32,000 nucleotides of DNA from Candidatus Saccharimonadota bacterium (GTDB lineage: Bacteria > Patescibacteriota > Patescibacteriia > 2-12-FULL-60-25): assembly GCA_016699205.1 (NCBI GenBank), contig CP064964.1, positions 540,001 through 572,000 of the forward strand, in the 5' to 3' direction. The number at the start of each line of letters is the position of its first letter. Within the stretch, counting starts at the first letter, position 1. The position numbers and the translations under genes are program-made. Shown here in pieces: positions 31,781-32,000 of this stretch. The notes beneath the pieces were generated by a model. It made no database searches. It was not told the origin of the DNA and saw only the letters and a program-made list of their open reading frames with translations.

Positions 31781-31999
31781 TCTTCCGCTGCGGTCGAGCG
31801 GGATGGAAGCGATTTCTGGAGCGCGTCCGGCAAGACGGGCGGTTTCATAGGCAAAAGGTACGACTTGAGAGCCATCGAGACCTTGAGACTGCGTTGGAAG
31901 ACGGCGGGCAACGCCATCCGTATCGAGCGGGATATTACTGAAACCCGCGGCTTTGCTTTCTGCCTGAATCAGAGCGATTGGCTGGACGGTATTCTTGGA
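31774..31999 (-). CDS. Upstream CHASE2 fragment of the same cyclase gene (different frame, continues beyond the window)
   Basis: The minus strand translates as ...SKNTVQPIALIQAESKAAGFSNIPLDTDGVARRLPTQSQGLDGSQVVPFAYETARLAGRAPEIASI, then RSTAAEEC*. The string G..N...D.DGV.RR.P is typical of CHASE2 domains. Confidence 0.7.
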
Positions 32000-32000
32000 A

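Overview
The window is 31,999 nt of a compact bacterial chromosome. The core is about 43-50% GC. It uses TTGACA-type promoters, GGAGG ribosome-binding sites and CCCCG/CGGGG hairpin terminators. The gene content suggests a Patescibacteria/CPR-like organism, but that is inference only: a short MetK, an archaeal-type cytidylate kinase, a membrane-anchored family-5 solute-binding protein, a pilin-like two-TM surface protein and RNase J.

Recognisable core genes:
- a cupin (partial)
- a SAM-I riboswitch plus metK
- an LMW phosphotyrosine phosphatase
- an ABC-F ATPase (frame-disrupted)
- tRNA-Ile(UAU)
- an RluD-like pseudouridine synthase
- cmk
- rplS
- uvrA
- a DsbA-like oxidoreductase followed by a large Cys-rich surface protein
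- secG
- a family-5 SBP
- tRNA-Leu(CAG)
- a GT2 glycosyltransferase
- rnj
- trpS
- a CHASE2 class-III nucleotidyl cyclase (frame-disrupted, runs off the window)

The main finding is a 5.3-kb array of six co-oriented cassettes between uvrA and rplS (9.9-15.3 kb). All six encode variants of one protein module that I cannot name, with 8 module copies in the array and a ninth at 28.6 kb. The cassettes are separated by a conserved GC hairpin fused to an ATCCG-TTGACA promoter module. Their GC content is mosaic: one hand-counted 60-nt line gave 40% (cassette F) and another 68% (cassette B). A 42-nt diverged duplicate of the uvrA 3' end marks at least one insertion event.

I saw no integrase, transposase, reverse transcriptase, Cas gene or CRISPR array in any frame.

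Three reading-frame breaks (ABC-F, cassette B, cyclase) are each explained by the loss of one base in a short G/C run, which points to sequencing or assembly error rather than real pseudogenes.
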